DNA of 64,000 nt, from positions 51,336 through 115,335 of the IMG/VR virus record IMGVR_UViG_3300014204_000125. One strand, written 5' to 3'. Below the pieces are notes generated by a model. It saw only the letters and a list, made by a program, of their open reading frames with translations, made no database searches and had not been told where the DNA came from. This document shows, piece after piece, positions 39,164 to 48,809 of the stretch (position 1 is the first letter of the stretch; the number at the start of each line of letters is the position of its first letter). The position numbers were made by a program, and so were the translations under genes. Source of the stretch: a virus. Taxonomy: Duplodnaviria > Caudoviricetes.

Positions 39164-40483
39164 ATGAGCCTCAATCAGAATGCTGCCAGCAATAGCTTCG
39201 GGATTCTGGAGGCTGATCCCATATTACAGAACGAGGTGGATCTCCTGTTAATGCTCGCGGAACATCCCGATATGTCGGAGGTGGTCCGTGAGCAAATAAC
39301 AGAAGAACTTATTTCGAGTTCATGTGTGGGCCGGCTCCTGAAAAGTTTCGTGATGGAGAACCGCCCGATAACCCTGGCAACAATCCAAGACACGATAGCA
39401 GACCCGACCCTATGTATGTCGTTACAGACCCGGTACAGTTCAAAGGAAGACATCTTCAAGATTATGGACAATCTCACGGTGTCATATAAACTGAGATATA
39501 CCCGTGAGATACTTCCAAGGCTTCTCTCTAAATCGAAAACGCTTCTCGAAAGCGAAGACATAATAAACAAAGCGAACCAAATAACACAAATCGGACGGGT
39601 TAATCAGAAACTCATGAATAAGCAAAGGTATATCAAGGAATTCGAACTCTATCAAGCCGATAAGACTCCGGGCTGGGGAACAGGGCTACCCCTTCTGGAT
39701 CGCCAAATGACAGGCGGGATAAAGCCGAGTCAGTTGATGGTTATCGCCGCGGAAACGAGTGTTGGAAAGACAATGCTTGCGTATCAAATCATCATGAATA
39801 TGGTGATTGCGAATGGTGCCTCGGCCGCAATGTTCTGCCTTGAAATGCCTTTGATGGATACCCTGAATCGATTGATCCCGCCCTTCACCCAGACGGTTCG
39901 AAGCGTCGATCTCGTCGAGAAAACATTGTCCCCGGCCCAGATGGCGGAGGCAAGGATCGCCCTCAACTACATAGAATCCCAGAGGGTGATTATAATCGAT
40001 GACGAGTTCGATATCCGCTCGATCACACATAAGATCCGGCTCATGGCGAAGCAGGGAGTAAACCTATTCCTTATCGACTATCTCCAACTCGCAATGAAAG
40101 ACCCGGCGAGTGTTAAGGAAGTTGAGGAAATAACCCGAGACCTGAAACGGCTCGCGATGTCTTTGAATGTTTTGATAATTCTGGTAGCGCAGTTCCACAG
40201 GAAAGACGATATCAAAATGTATAAAGATGTCGTGGTTAAACGTAAACCTTTACTCTCGGACTTGAAGGGAGGCTCCGCGATCGAGTGTAATAGTGACAAG
40301 GTAATGTTCCTTCACTATGACCCGGAATGGAGCGGGAACTACCTTGCGAGTTCATACGTCGAGTTTATGATGGCAAAAAACAGACAGGGCCCGGGAGCGT
40401 TTTCCGGAATATACTTAATGCTGGATAAGATGAAATGTTTCTTCCAACAAACCGAATGGCGTCCGCCACAGAAGGAGCGATAA
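39164..40483 (+). CDS. dnaB: Replicative DNA helicase
   Basis: TGLPLLDR, AAETSVGKT, CLEM, IDYLQL, AQFHR, LSDLKGGSAIE, KNRQG. Confidence 0.93.
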   Translation: MSLNQNAASNSFGILEADPILQNEVDLLLMLAEHPDMSEVVREQITEELISSSCVGRLLKSFVMENRPITLATIQDTIADPTLCMSLQTRYSSKEDIFKIMDNLTVSYKLRYTREILPRLLSKSKTLLESEDIINKANQITQIGRVNQKLMNKQRYIKEFELYQADKTPGWGTGLPLLDRQMTGGIKPSQLMVIAAETSVGKTMLAYQIIMNMVIANGASAAMFCLEMPLMDTLNRLIPPFTQTVRSVDLVEKTLSPAQMAEARIALNYIESQRVIIIDDEFDIRSITHKIRLMAKQGVNLFLIDYLQLAMKDPASVKEVEEITRDLKRLAMSLNVLIILVAQFHRKDDIKMYKDVVVKRKPLLSDLKGGSAIECNSDKVMFLHYDPEWSGNYLASSYVEFMMAKNRQGPGAFSGIYLMLDKMKCFFQQTEWRPPQKER

Positions 40484-40672
40484 CATCGAATTAATTAAAA
40501 TAAGAACCCAATTTCTATCCAAACAAAATCTCGATACGTTTGACCTTTCGCTTAAAGCCGCGTATGCAGAGGCTCCACCGATTCAATGTTATTCCAGCGA
40601 AAAAACCACATCAATATGCGATCTCAATGTAACCTACATATCCCCGGATTATAATAAATACAGGAGGCTACC

Positions 40673-41419
40673 ATGAATATCTCAGCAGTAGTATGGAGGA
40701 TCCACAGGAACCAGAACACAGGCAAGGCTACCAACTTTTTCACCCTCGAACTCGATGACGCCGTGGGATTCGAGTGTATGCTCGCCCAGAGACAGTCGGG
40801 AGACATGAGTTTCTATATTAATTGGCCGTCGGACAAATTCCAGTCGAGAGACAACCCGCCCAGAACAATGTATAAGACACAGGCATCCGTCTTCAACAAA
40901 CAGCTCGCGGCGCACATCACCCAGGGCGTAGTCGCAATCTTCAACCAGAAAGACGCACAGGGGAATCCCACCAATTACATCGCCCCGGGAAGCACTTACT
41001 ACCAGCGTCAGGAAGAGAAAAAACAGAAAGCACAGCAGTACCAGAACGCACAGACCCAGGGCGGACCTCCGCAGTACCAGCAACAGGGCGGGTATCCCCA
41101 GCAGCCTCCGAACCCCTACAATCAGCAGACATACACCCCGGCCCCGCCCGTGTATCAGCCCCAGCAATATCAACCGGCAGCTCCCCAGCAGTTCCCTCCT
41201 CAGCAGGCGCCGCCTCAGATGGCACCTCAGGGGACGTATCCGCCACAGCAGCAGCCCGCGGCTCAAATCCCTCCGGCTCAGGCGACATATCCTCCGCAAC
41301 AGTATGTCCCACCGGCACAGCCCCCGGTTAATCCGAATCAGGTTCCTACTCAAGCGGCTCCCCCGCAGACCCCGGGAGTCCAGTATCCCAATAACGGAAC
41401 CCCCGATTACATGAAATAA
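40673..41419 (+). CDS. SpoVG-like probable ssDNA-binding protein with long P/Q/Y-rich tail
   Basis: FTLELDD...FYINWPS.K...YK resembles SpoVG; sits between helicase and polymerase; ~130 aa low-complexity tail. Confidence 0.6.
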   Translation: MNISAVVWRIHRNQNTGKATNFFTLELDDAVGFECMLAQRQSGDMSFYINWPSDKFQSRDNPPRTMYKTQASVFNKQLAAHITQGVVAIFNQKDAQGNPTNYIAPGSTYYQRQEEKKQKAQQYQNAQTQGGPPQYQQQGGYPQQPPNPYNQQTYTPAPPVYQPQQYQPAAPQQFPPQQAPPQMAPQGTYPPQQQPAAQIPPAQATYPPQQYVPPAQPPVNPNQVPTQAAPPQTPGVQYPNNGTPDYMK

Positions 41420-41433
41420 GAAAGGAAGGCGCC

Positions 41434-44400
41434 ATGCAAGAACCCGTAAGCCTATTACACCATATTCACTCGGACTTCTCGAAACTGGATGGACTTATAA
41501 AGATTTCGGAACTCGTAGCCACCGCCAAGAAATACGGCTACACCGCTATATCCCTGACGGATCACGGCACGATGTCTGGGACTCTGGAGTTCTACCGGGC
41601 CTGCAAGAAAGCCGGGGTTAAAGGTGTTCTGGGCTGCGAATTTTACATGGCGTCCCCTTTAGCCAATGAAGACAGAGTTGTGGAGCGCTGCCATCTCGTG
41701 TTGCTCGCCAAGAACATCACGGGCTGGCAGAACCTCCTCAAACTCTCGGAGTTGAGCTGGCAAGCCCCGAACTTCTATAAGACCCCGAATGTCACCCTCG
41801 ATCTCCTCTCGAAATACCACGAAGGCTTAATCTGCACCTCGGCATGTATCGCCGGCCCGATTGCGAAGTACCTGAACACGGATATCTCGATATCGACATA
41901 CAACGCGATATCGTTGAAGAATATCTTCGGTGCCGACTTTTATATAGAAGTGCAACCCAATAGCCTTAGCGAACAAATCTCCGCGAATGTGCAACTCCTT
42001 AATATGTCCCGGAGGCATGACATCCCGATAATGCTCGGGCTGGATGCTCATTACCTGAATAAAGAACACGCCATGAGCCATGAGACCCTACTTGGGATCA
42101 ATACAAGAGCCAAGATATCATGGCCCACAAAGAGCGAACAGGTTGAAAATGGAGTCCTCGAAGTCGCGGAAGCCAATGACGCTGAAGACACCAAAGAAGA
42201 CACAGGCGATGATGACATGTTCGAACCCTCCCCGTTTAAATTGACAGAACCTTCCGAAGAAACCCCTAAAGACAACGCTGTGAATCGTGCCAAGAAAAAA
42301 CATGAGATTGCGAAGTCAAAGTATCGCATGAGTTTTGGACGCCCCGAGTTTTATGTAATGACCCAAGCCGAAGTCTATGCGGCCTGGGACACGCATCATA
42401 AAAACTTCAGGCTCCCCGAGGACGAATGCGATACCTCCCATATGATCCATCTCGAAGAGGCCATATCGAATAACGAGAAAATAGTTTCACAAATCGAGGA
42501 ATTCAGTATCGAACCTGACTCGAAACGGCTCAATAAAATATTCGACATAAATAAACAAGACCAAATGTTCCTGAAATTCCTCGCCGGTCAGACACAATAC
42601 GATGTAAAACGAGCTATGGACGATCCTGAATGGGGATTCCATTACCTTCGCTATCTCGTGTATCAAGGCTATTATAAACACGAAATACACCTCAAGTCAA
42701 ACGAAGCTGAATATATCGAGAGAATCAACAAGGAGTTATGCGAAATCCGAGAGGCTGGCATTGTGGACTATTTCCTTGTGGTTTACGATGTAATTAAGTA
42801 TTGTGAGAACAACGGCATATCAGTTGGACCAGGCAGAGGTAGTGCGGCGGGGTCGATCGTAACATACTTACTCGGAATCCATCAAGTCGATTCTCTCGAG
42901 TTCGGGCTTCTCTGGGAAAGGTTCTATAATGCGGGTCGCAAGGGTCAGATGCCTGATATAGATCTCGACATCAACACTTCGAAACGCCATCTCGTATGCG
43001 AATACCTTTCAAAAAAATACGGAGACGAACACGTTGCCCATATCGTCAACTTCAATTACTTCAAACCAAAATCAACCCTGCGTAGTGTTCTCTCATATTA
43101 CGAATATCCCTACGATATGGTCAATGAAATCGTGGGTGAGTTCAAATTCGTGGAAGACGATGACGATGAAGACGATGCCGAATTATCCCAACTCCTCGCA
43201 AAGATCAAGGACAGGGTTGAAATGGCGCCCCTGTATGCAAACATAGAACGGGACTGCTACGCTCTCATCGACGGGGTTAAATGCCTCGGCACCCATGCTT
43301 CCGGGATGGTTATAACAAACGATCCCTTGGCCTCCCTGTGTCCCGTAATTACAATCACAGACAAGGCGAGCAAGACGAGGGTGCCGGCGGCGGCATGGGA
43401 TAAGACAATGCTCGAAGATCTCGGGTTCCTGAAACTCGATATCCTCGGGGTTAAGGTGCTCGATATCATCGACGAAACGGTAAAACTGATCAAAAAGTTT
43501 CATGGGATCAGCATCGATGTATCGAAAATCCCTCTCGATGATCCCGGGACTTATGAACTCATATCACGAGGTTTAACTGCTGGAATCTTCCAGTTCAATG
43601 TCGGGACCGAATTGCAAGGCTACGCCAAGACATACGGGGTAAACAATTTCAACGATGTCTGCGCCCTGACCGCATTGGGACGCCCCGGCGCCAAGAACTT
43701 CCTCGGGGACTATATGCAGAACAGAAATAAGAACAGAGAGCAGATCGAACTTCCTGACATGAGGCTCTACGATATCCTAAAAGATACGAGCTGTGTTCTC
43801 GTGTATCAGGAACAGCAGTTAAATATCTGCAAGATCTTGGCGGGCTTCGATCTCAAGCAAGCCGATAATCTCCGGAAAATTGTGTCCAAGAAGAAACTCG
43901 ATAAACTCCCTGAGATGAAGGAAAAGTTTATAAATGGATACGTTGCGAATACTACGGCAGAACACATCCATCCCGCATTCCGGACCAGTACAAGCGGCGC
44001 GGATGCAGCCCAGATGCAAGAGATAGCACATAAGATCTGGGGGATGTATTTCTCGGAATGCTCGTATCTTTTCAATAAGTCTCACGCCGTAGGGTATAGT
44101 GTCCAGACGATGCGCACGGCATGGCTCAAGACACACTATATAACCGAGTTCATGACGGCGGCGTTACAACAGGAAGACAAGAAGGTGCCCGATTATATCT
44201 GGGAATGTCTTTATCTCGGACTCAAAGTATTCTCTCCTCATTTCTCGCACAGCAAGGGCGATTTCGCAATGCTCAGGAATCGACAAATAAGTTTTGGAAT
44301 ATTCAATATTAAATATGTATCCAAAGTTTTTCTGACGAAATTTGAAATAGACCCAGTCAAGGCGCTTCTCGAAACTGCGAATAAGAAAATGCTGACTTCA

Positions 44401-45057
44401 CTCATTCACGCCGGGGTTTACGACGGATGGAATAACTTGAATCGTAAACAAGTTTATGATACAATATCCCTATATAAGACGATGAAAAAGAAATGGGACG
44501 ATTACAAAATCAAAGCATCCGAATACGCCGAGAAGGTTGCAAAGGCTGCGGAGTCCGGCAAGAACCCGAGGGGCAAGGCCCCGGAAGCCCCGGAGATAAC
44601 ACTTCAACAGATTCTTGCGAACCCAATCCGGGTCGAGGATTACACAATCGAGGACAAGATCGCACAGGAAGAGGCTTTGCTCGGATACTCGTTCTCAGAC
44701 CCCGACTACGAATATAAACCCTATATCAATGCAAAAACGATAACGGGCTGGCGGCAAATCGGATCTTTACAAGACCAAGAGGTGTGTGAGTTTTTCGGAA
44801 GCATCGAGGAAATAAATACGAACATTACGAAGTCGGGTAAGACGATGTTCCGGATAAAACTCAAGTACGCCAAGTCCTATGTCGGGATTACAATGTTCGA
44901 CAATACCTCGGAGCGTTATGCGGGATTCCTGAACACCAAGGAAAAGATGTTGTTCAAGTGTAAAACCAATATCTATTACAACGAGAAACGGCAGAAATCA
45001 GAGAAAGGATTCACCCTGACAAGTATCAGAAAAATAACGGATATAGTAAAATCTTAG
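41434..45057 (+). CDS. dnaE: DNA polymerase III alpha subunit
   Basis: PHP motifs HIHSDFSKLDG, TDHG, DAHY; GRGSAAGS, PDIDLD, KLDILG, YQEQ, FNKSHA; C-terminal OB fold. Confidence 0.97.
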   Translation: MQEPVSLLHHIHSDFSKLDGLIKISELVATAKKYGYTAISLTDHGTMSGTLEFYRACKKAGVKGVLGCEFYMASPLANEDRVVERCHLVLLAKNITGWQNLLKLSELSWQAPNFYKTPNVTLDLLSKYHEGLICTSACIAGPIAKYLNTDISISTYNAISLKNIFGADFYIEVQPNSLSEQISANVQLLNMSRRHDIPIMLGLDAHYLNKEHAMSHETLLGINTRAKISWPTKSEQVENGVLEVAEANDAEDTKEDTGDDDMFEPSPFKLTEPSEETPKDNAVNRAKKKHEIAKSKYRMSFGRPEFYVMTQAEVYAAWDTHHKNFRLPEDECDTSHMIHLEEAISNNEKIVSQIEEFSIEPDSKRLNKIFDINKQDQMFLKFLAGQTQYDVKRAMDDPEWGFHYLRYLVYQGYYKHEIHLKSNEAEYIERINKELCEIREAGIVDYFLVVYDVIKYCENNGISVGPGRGSAAGSIVTYLLGIHQVDSLEFGLLWERFYNAGRKGQMPDIDLDINTSKRHLVCEYLSKKYGDEHVAHIVNFNYFKPKSTLRSVLSYYEYPYDMVNEIVGEFKFVEDDDDEDDAELSQLLAKIKDRVEMAPLYANIERDCYALIDGVKCLGTHASGMVITNDPLASLCPVITITDKASKTRVPAAAWDKTMLEDLGFLKLDILGVKVLDIIDETVKLIKKFHGISIDVSKIPLDDPGTYELISRGLTAGIFQFNVGTELQGYAKTYGVNNFNDVCALTALGRPGAKNFLGDYMQNRNKNREQIELPDMRLYDILKDTSCVLVYQEQQLNICKILAGFDLKQADNLRKIVSKKKLDKLPEMKEKFINGYVANTTAEHIHPAFRTSTSGADAAQMQEIAHKIWGMYFSECSYLFNKSHAVGYSVQTMRTAWLKTHYITEFMTAALQQEDKKVPDYIWECLYLGLKVFSPHFSHSKGDFAMLRNRQISFGIFNIKYVSKVFLTKFEIDPVKALLETANKKMLTSLIHAGVYDGWNNLNRKQVYDTISLYKTMKKKWDDYKIKASEYAEKVAKAAESGKNPRGKAPEAPEITLQQILANPIRVEDYTIEDKIAQEEALLGYSFSDPDYEYKPYINAKTITGWRQIGSLQDQEVCEFFGSIEEINTNITKSGKTMFRIKLKYAKSYVGITMFDNTSERYAGFLNTKEKMLFKCKTNIYYNEKRQKSEKGFTLTSIRKITDIVKS

Positions 45058-45068
45058 GAGGATTTTAA

Positions 45069-46679
45069 ATGTCATGTGACAAATGCGGGGCAAACAGTTT
45101 CCCAACAACAATTCAGCCGGCTCTATCAAAAATCTACGGAAGAAGTATATTTCTCTGCGATCCTTGTAATACAATCGAAAAATCGGAAGGCAAAGACGGC
45201 GGGATTACCCTTTGGAGTATCGCAGAATCCGCAATGCGAAATGGGTTCGCGCTTCCGAAACTTCCCCTTACCTCGGTTCAATCCCTGGTGCCTCCCGCGG
45301 CCGTCGCAGGAGAGATCGCCAATGCCTTTGTGAATAAGCCGGGAGCCAACAAAGGCCCTGAACCCGCTTTGGCGCAGAAAGTAGAAATTGCTCAGGCGCT
45401 TACCCCGGAAATATTCAAGACGGTGATTGAAGCCACAACCGGAATCGAAATAAAACAGCCGACTTGCGAAGCCATGACCGTTACCCCCGTGACTTTTACC
45501 CCCGGCGCCCAGCCCGCAAGGAAGAAAGCGGGCAGGGATTGGACGAACATCATGCGTCCCGATAAGGCGGAATGGCCGGAAGGCAAACTCCCGCATAAAT
45601 CAATATCGCAGTGCGAAGCCTTCCAATCGTGCTCACTCAAGTATTACTTCCAGAACGTCCTGAAACTTCCGCAGCCCTGGAGCGAAGCCATGCACATGGG
45701 AAACGTACACCACGCCGTATGCGAAGCCCTGTATCGGCTCGAAGCGTCCCAAGGTAGGGCAATATACAAAAATACTTCCGCCGAGGAACTTATCAAGTTC
45801 GCAATGCCGAAGATGGAAGAGGCGTTCGCTTCCGAGTATGAAGGCCATGACTTATGCCCCGAAGACTTCGAGATATCCCACGCCTATCTCCAGAACAGCG
45901 TTCCTGTTACCGTGGCGTGGTTCCTCAAGAACCAGTACGATGTCGTGAAGATCCGCAACGGGAAAGGCGAGCTCGTGCCTTGCGTTGAAATCGGGGTGGA
46001 GACAATGATCCATAACCCATTCACTAATAAACCGAGAACGGACTTTGTGATCCAGATGTGGCTCGATCTCGTGGCCTTCGATCGTGGCGGGAACATCATA
46101 ATAATCGACCACAAGACGGCTTCCAAGTCGTATTCGGATACCAAAGTCAGGACTGCGATGCAACTCCCGATATACGCTTACGGAATGCAAAGGATCTTTA
46201 AAGAACAGGGTCTTAAATACACGGGGCTCACCCAATTCGAAGCCCTGATGAAGACCAAGAAAATCGAACTCAAGGCATTCCCGAGGATCGTTACCCCCGA
46301 CGATATCAACAAGGCGCTCGTAGATATGAACTTAACGATCGAAGGTATGAACTCGGCTGCGTATTACCCCGCCGTTGACGAAATGGCTCACAATTACTGC
46401 GGATTCAAAGACGCTTGCTTGAATTGCAAGATGCTCGATAAAATGAAATCTGCATTCGAACTTTCGACTTCGGCAAGACGCCCGATAATTCGCCCCACGG
46501 ATAAAACAATAATAACCCAGACAGTAGAGGTAGAGAAGCCCGTTATAGATCCGGGTCAACTCTCTATCCCTGAAACCACCCCGGAACCCGTTAGTTTTAT
46601 ACACGACACGGCGCCGGTTCAGCCTGTCGAAACCAAAGTTGAAACGAAACCCGCGAGTTTCGAAGATTTCATGTTTTAA
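45069..46679 (+). CDS. PD-(D/E)XK RecB/Cas4-like exonuclease
   Basis: SISQ...CSLKYY, GNVHH, LDLV, IIDHKT, QLPIYA, YCGFKDAC. Confidence 0.85.
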   Translation: MSCDKCGANSFPTTIQPALSKIYGRSIFLCDPCNTIEKSEGKDGGITLWSIAESAMRNGFALPKLPLTSVQSLVPPAAVAGEIANAFVNKPGANKGPEPALAQKVEIAQALTPEIFKTVIEATTGIEIKQPTCEAMTVTPVTFTPGAQPARKKAGRDWTNIMRPDKAEWPEGKLPHKSISQCEAFQSCSLKYYFQNVLKLPQPWSEAMHMGNVHHAVCEALYRLEASQGRAIYKNTSAEELIKFAMPKMEEAFASEYEGHDLCPEDFEISHAYLQNSVPVTVAWFLKNQYDVVKIRNGKGELVPCVEIGVETMIHNPFTNKPRTDFVIQMWLDLVAFDRGGNIIIIDHKTASKSYSDTKVRTAMQLPIYAYGMQRIFKEQGLKYTGLTQFEALMKTKKIELKAFPRIVTPDDINKALVDMNLTIEGMNSAAYYPAVDEMAHNYCGFKDACLNCKMLDKMKSAFELSTSARRPIIRPTDKTIITQTVEVEKPVIDPGQLSIPETTPEPVSFIHDTAPVQPVETKVETKPASFEDFMF

Positions 46680-46692
46680 GGATGTGACGATT

Positions 46693-47148
46693 ATGGCACC
46701 CAGAGTACCCAGCGTGACCCCCAAAGAGAACCCGACATACCCAGTAACCCCGGAAACCGGAATCAGAAAACCCGAAGTAAGCCCGTTCGATTTAAACACT
46801 GAAACGGTATCCAAACCCGCAATGATCTCGAAACCCTATGTTGCCGACACCAATTTGACCCCGGCGAAAATCGAATTACCCTCCAATATCTACGCTTGTG
46901 ATTTAGTTCAGATCGGAATCCCTATTGAACTGACCCGCGGCAAGATCACAGCAATCCCGCTTGTCGGATACGAAGTCAAGAAAAGAAAACTCGTATCTAC
47001 GAATATGGCGCACCGTGGCCTCCAAGTAATTAACCCCGTCCTGGCGCCGGGGGATCACGATGTTTATGTAATCTGGCTCGACAAGTTCTCGGAAGACGCA
47101 ATCTTCAAAATGGCTCCCGGCGACTTGCAGATAAAATTACATGATTAA
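46693..47148 (+). CDS. Hypothetical protein (possibly a degenerate dUTPase-like fold)
   Basis: Weak resemblance in IELTRGKITAIP...MAHRGLQVINP; catalytic motifs absent. Confidence 0.5.
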   Translation: MAPRVPSVTPKENPTYPVTPETGIRKPEVSPFDLNTETVSKPAMISKPYVADTNLTPAKIELPSNIYACDLVQIGIPIELTRGKITAIPLVGYEVKKRKLVSTNMAHRGLQVINPVLAPGDHDVYVIWLDKFSEDAIFKMAPGDLQIKLHD

Positions 47149-48808
47149 ATCGTTCTATTTCCAGCATATATTCAACATCGAAACATTCGGCGCCTCGTTG
47201 GGAACAGGCGCCAATGTCTTCACCGGGGCGAGTGAAGTCGGATTGTCGCATCTCAAGAACGCAATCCGCTTCGCTCTCACTGGCGGCACTCCCGGCGGGA
47301 TTGCTCCCGAATTGCTTGCCAATGTAAAGGTGGATAAACCAGCGCCCAAATGTATTATCGGGCTCGATAAATTCGGAAAATCATACGGGATAGAAAGGCG
47401 GATATCCCCAAACTTCGTTTCCGTGAATGAAATCGCGACCCAGTTCACCCGACACAATACATTCTCGAATTGCCTCGATAACCAAGGCATATCCAACCTG
47501 ATAATGCAATGCCTTACCCACGAAGATCTGTTTCACTGTAACCCCGAAACACAGGGCGAGCTTATTAAATACTTCTATGCCGGCGGGGATGGAATAGACC
47601 TGAGTAAATTCGAAATAGACCCCGAATACATGGCGGATCTCGAGGGCGTAAATCTTCTCAATATAAAAGAGTATAGAAGTAAATTCTCCCAAGAAATCAG
47701 AGATTATAAACGCAAAGCTGAAGTGGTTCAGTTTAATTCCAAGAACCTCAAAGGGATAATGGCAGAAGATGTTACCAAGGCCGACATCGAGACGATTCAA
47801 ATCGAAATACTTCAACTCACCCACTCGATGCGGAACGAGATCCCAGTAACCGCGAATACGAATGATATCGTTGACATTCGATCGCAGATTGATCATCTGA
47901 AGAACCAAACCTACAATGCTAAATATGCCAACTACATATCGAAATGGAAAAGTGACGTTAGGGATAATACGCAACGAATACTGGATCTCCAAGAATATAG
48001 CGATGACAAGTGCCCGATACACGCTGATATTTCTTGTGGGTGCAAAACTCAATTCGTGGAAATCATTGACCTGCACCAAAAAGCAGTCGAAGACGCAGAG
48101 GCCAAATTAAAAGACCTCGAAATAAAAGAAGAAGAATCCCGGCAGGGCTGGCAGAACGAGATCAATAAAAACATAGACGAATACACCCAGAAACTAAAAG
48201 GACTCGTGGAAACATTCGAATCCGAAGTTGAAGCCGTTAAAATCAAGAACATTGAAATAAAAAAACATAACTCCGAACTCCAAAGACAACTCGACTCGGC
48301 AAATCTTAAACTTGATGATTTCAATCGGATTATGGGGGCCCAGGCGGAAAGAGACTCTAAACTCCGAGAACTCGAGTCGTATCAAAGATACCTTTTACAC
48401 TACGAGAATCTGATAAGTATTCTGGACACAATCGGCAAGTCTCTTATAATATCGCATAAACACCCTTCCCAATTACTCGATAAAATAAACGCAGTATCAA
48501 ATCGATACGGAATAAGAATAACCCAAGAAGACTCAGGGCTATTTATCAATCGGGTTCATTATTTACTTTGCAGTGACACGACCCGAATGATATCAGGCAT
48601 AATTTCAAACTCTATTTTCGCAGAAGAAAGCGGATACGGCTTTTATGTCTGCGATAATTTTGAAAAAATTCCGCTCGATATCGGAATGGATCTGCTCGAA
48701 TGGGTGGATAAACAGAATGTATCCGCTTTAATTCTGGGACGGGAGATCCCAGAATCCATTATGACCCCGGGTATTAAACAAAAAATGAAAACAATGAGTG
48801 AGGTATAA
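47141..48808 (+). CDS. Rad50/SbcC/SMC-like coiled-coil protein with degenerate ATPase motifs
   Basis: NVFTGASEVGLSHLKNAIRFALTG P-loop context, long coiled coil with central CPIH...C, C-terminal FYVCDNFE. Confidence 0.7.
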   Translation: MIKSFYFQHIFNIETFGASLGTGANVFTGASEVGLSHLKNAIRFALTGGTPGGIAPELLANVKVDKPAPKCIIGLDKFGKSYGIERRISPNFVSVNEIATQFTRHNTFSNCLDNQGISNLIMQCLTHEDLFHCNPETQGELIKYFYAGGDGIDLSKFEIDPEYMADLEGVNLLNIKEYRSKFSQEIRDYKRKAEVVQFNSKNLKGIMAEDVTKADIETIQIEILQLTHSMRNEIPVTANTNDIVDIRSQIDHLKNQTYNAKYANYISKWKSDVRDNTQRILDLQEYSDDKCPIHADISCGCKTQFVEIIDLHQKAVEDAEAKLKDLEIKEEESRQGWQNEINKNIDEYTQKLKGLVETFESEVEAVKIKNIEIKKHNSELQRQLDSANLKLDDFNRIMGAQAERDSKLRELESYQRYLLHYENLISILDTIGKSLIISHKHPSQLLDKINAVSNRYGIRITQEDSGLFINRVHYLLCSDTTRMISGIISNSIFAEESGYGFYVCDNFEKIPLDIGMDLLEWVDKQNVSALILGREIPESIMTPGIKQKMKTMSEV

Positions 48809-48809
48809 C

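Noticed and set aside
41434-45057. Intein or intron in dnaE (also checked dnaB and rtcB)
   Set aside because: Reading frames are continuous, with no C-terminal HN-C/S/T splice junction or LAGLIDADG blocks.
45069-46679. CRISPR-associated Cas4
   Set aside because: Context is a replication/recombination operon with Bet; best read as the partner exonuclease.
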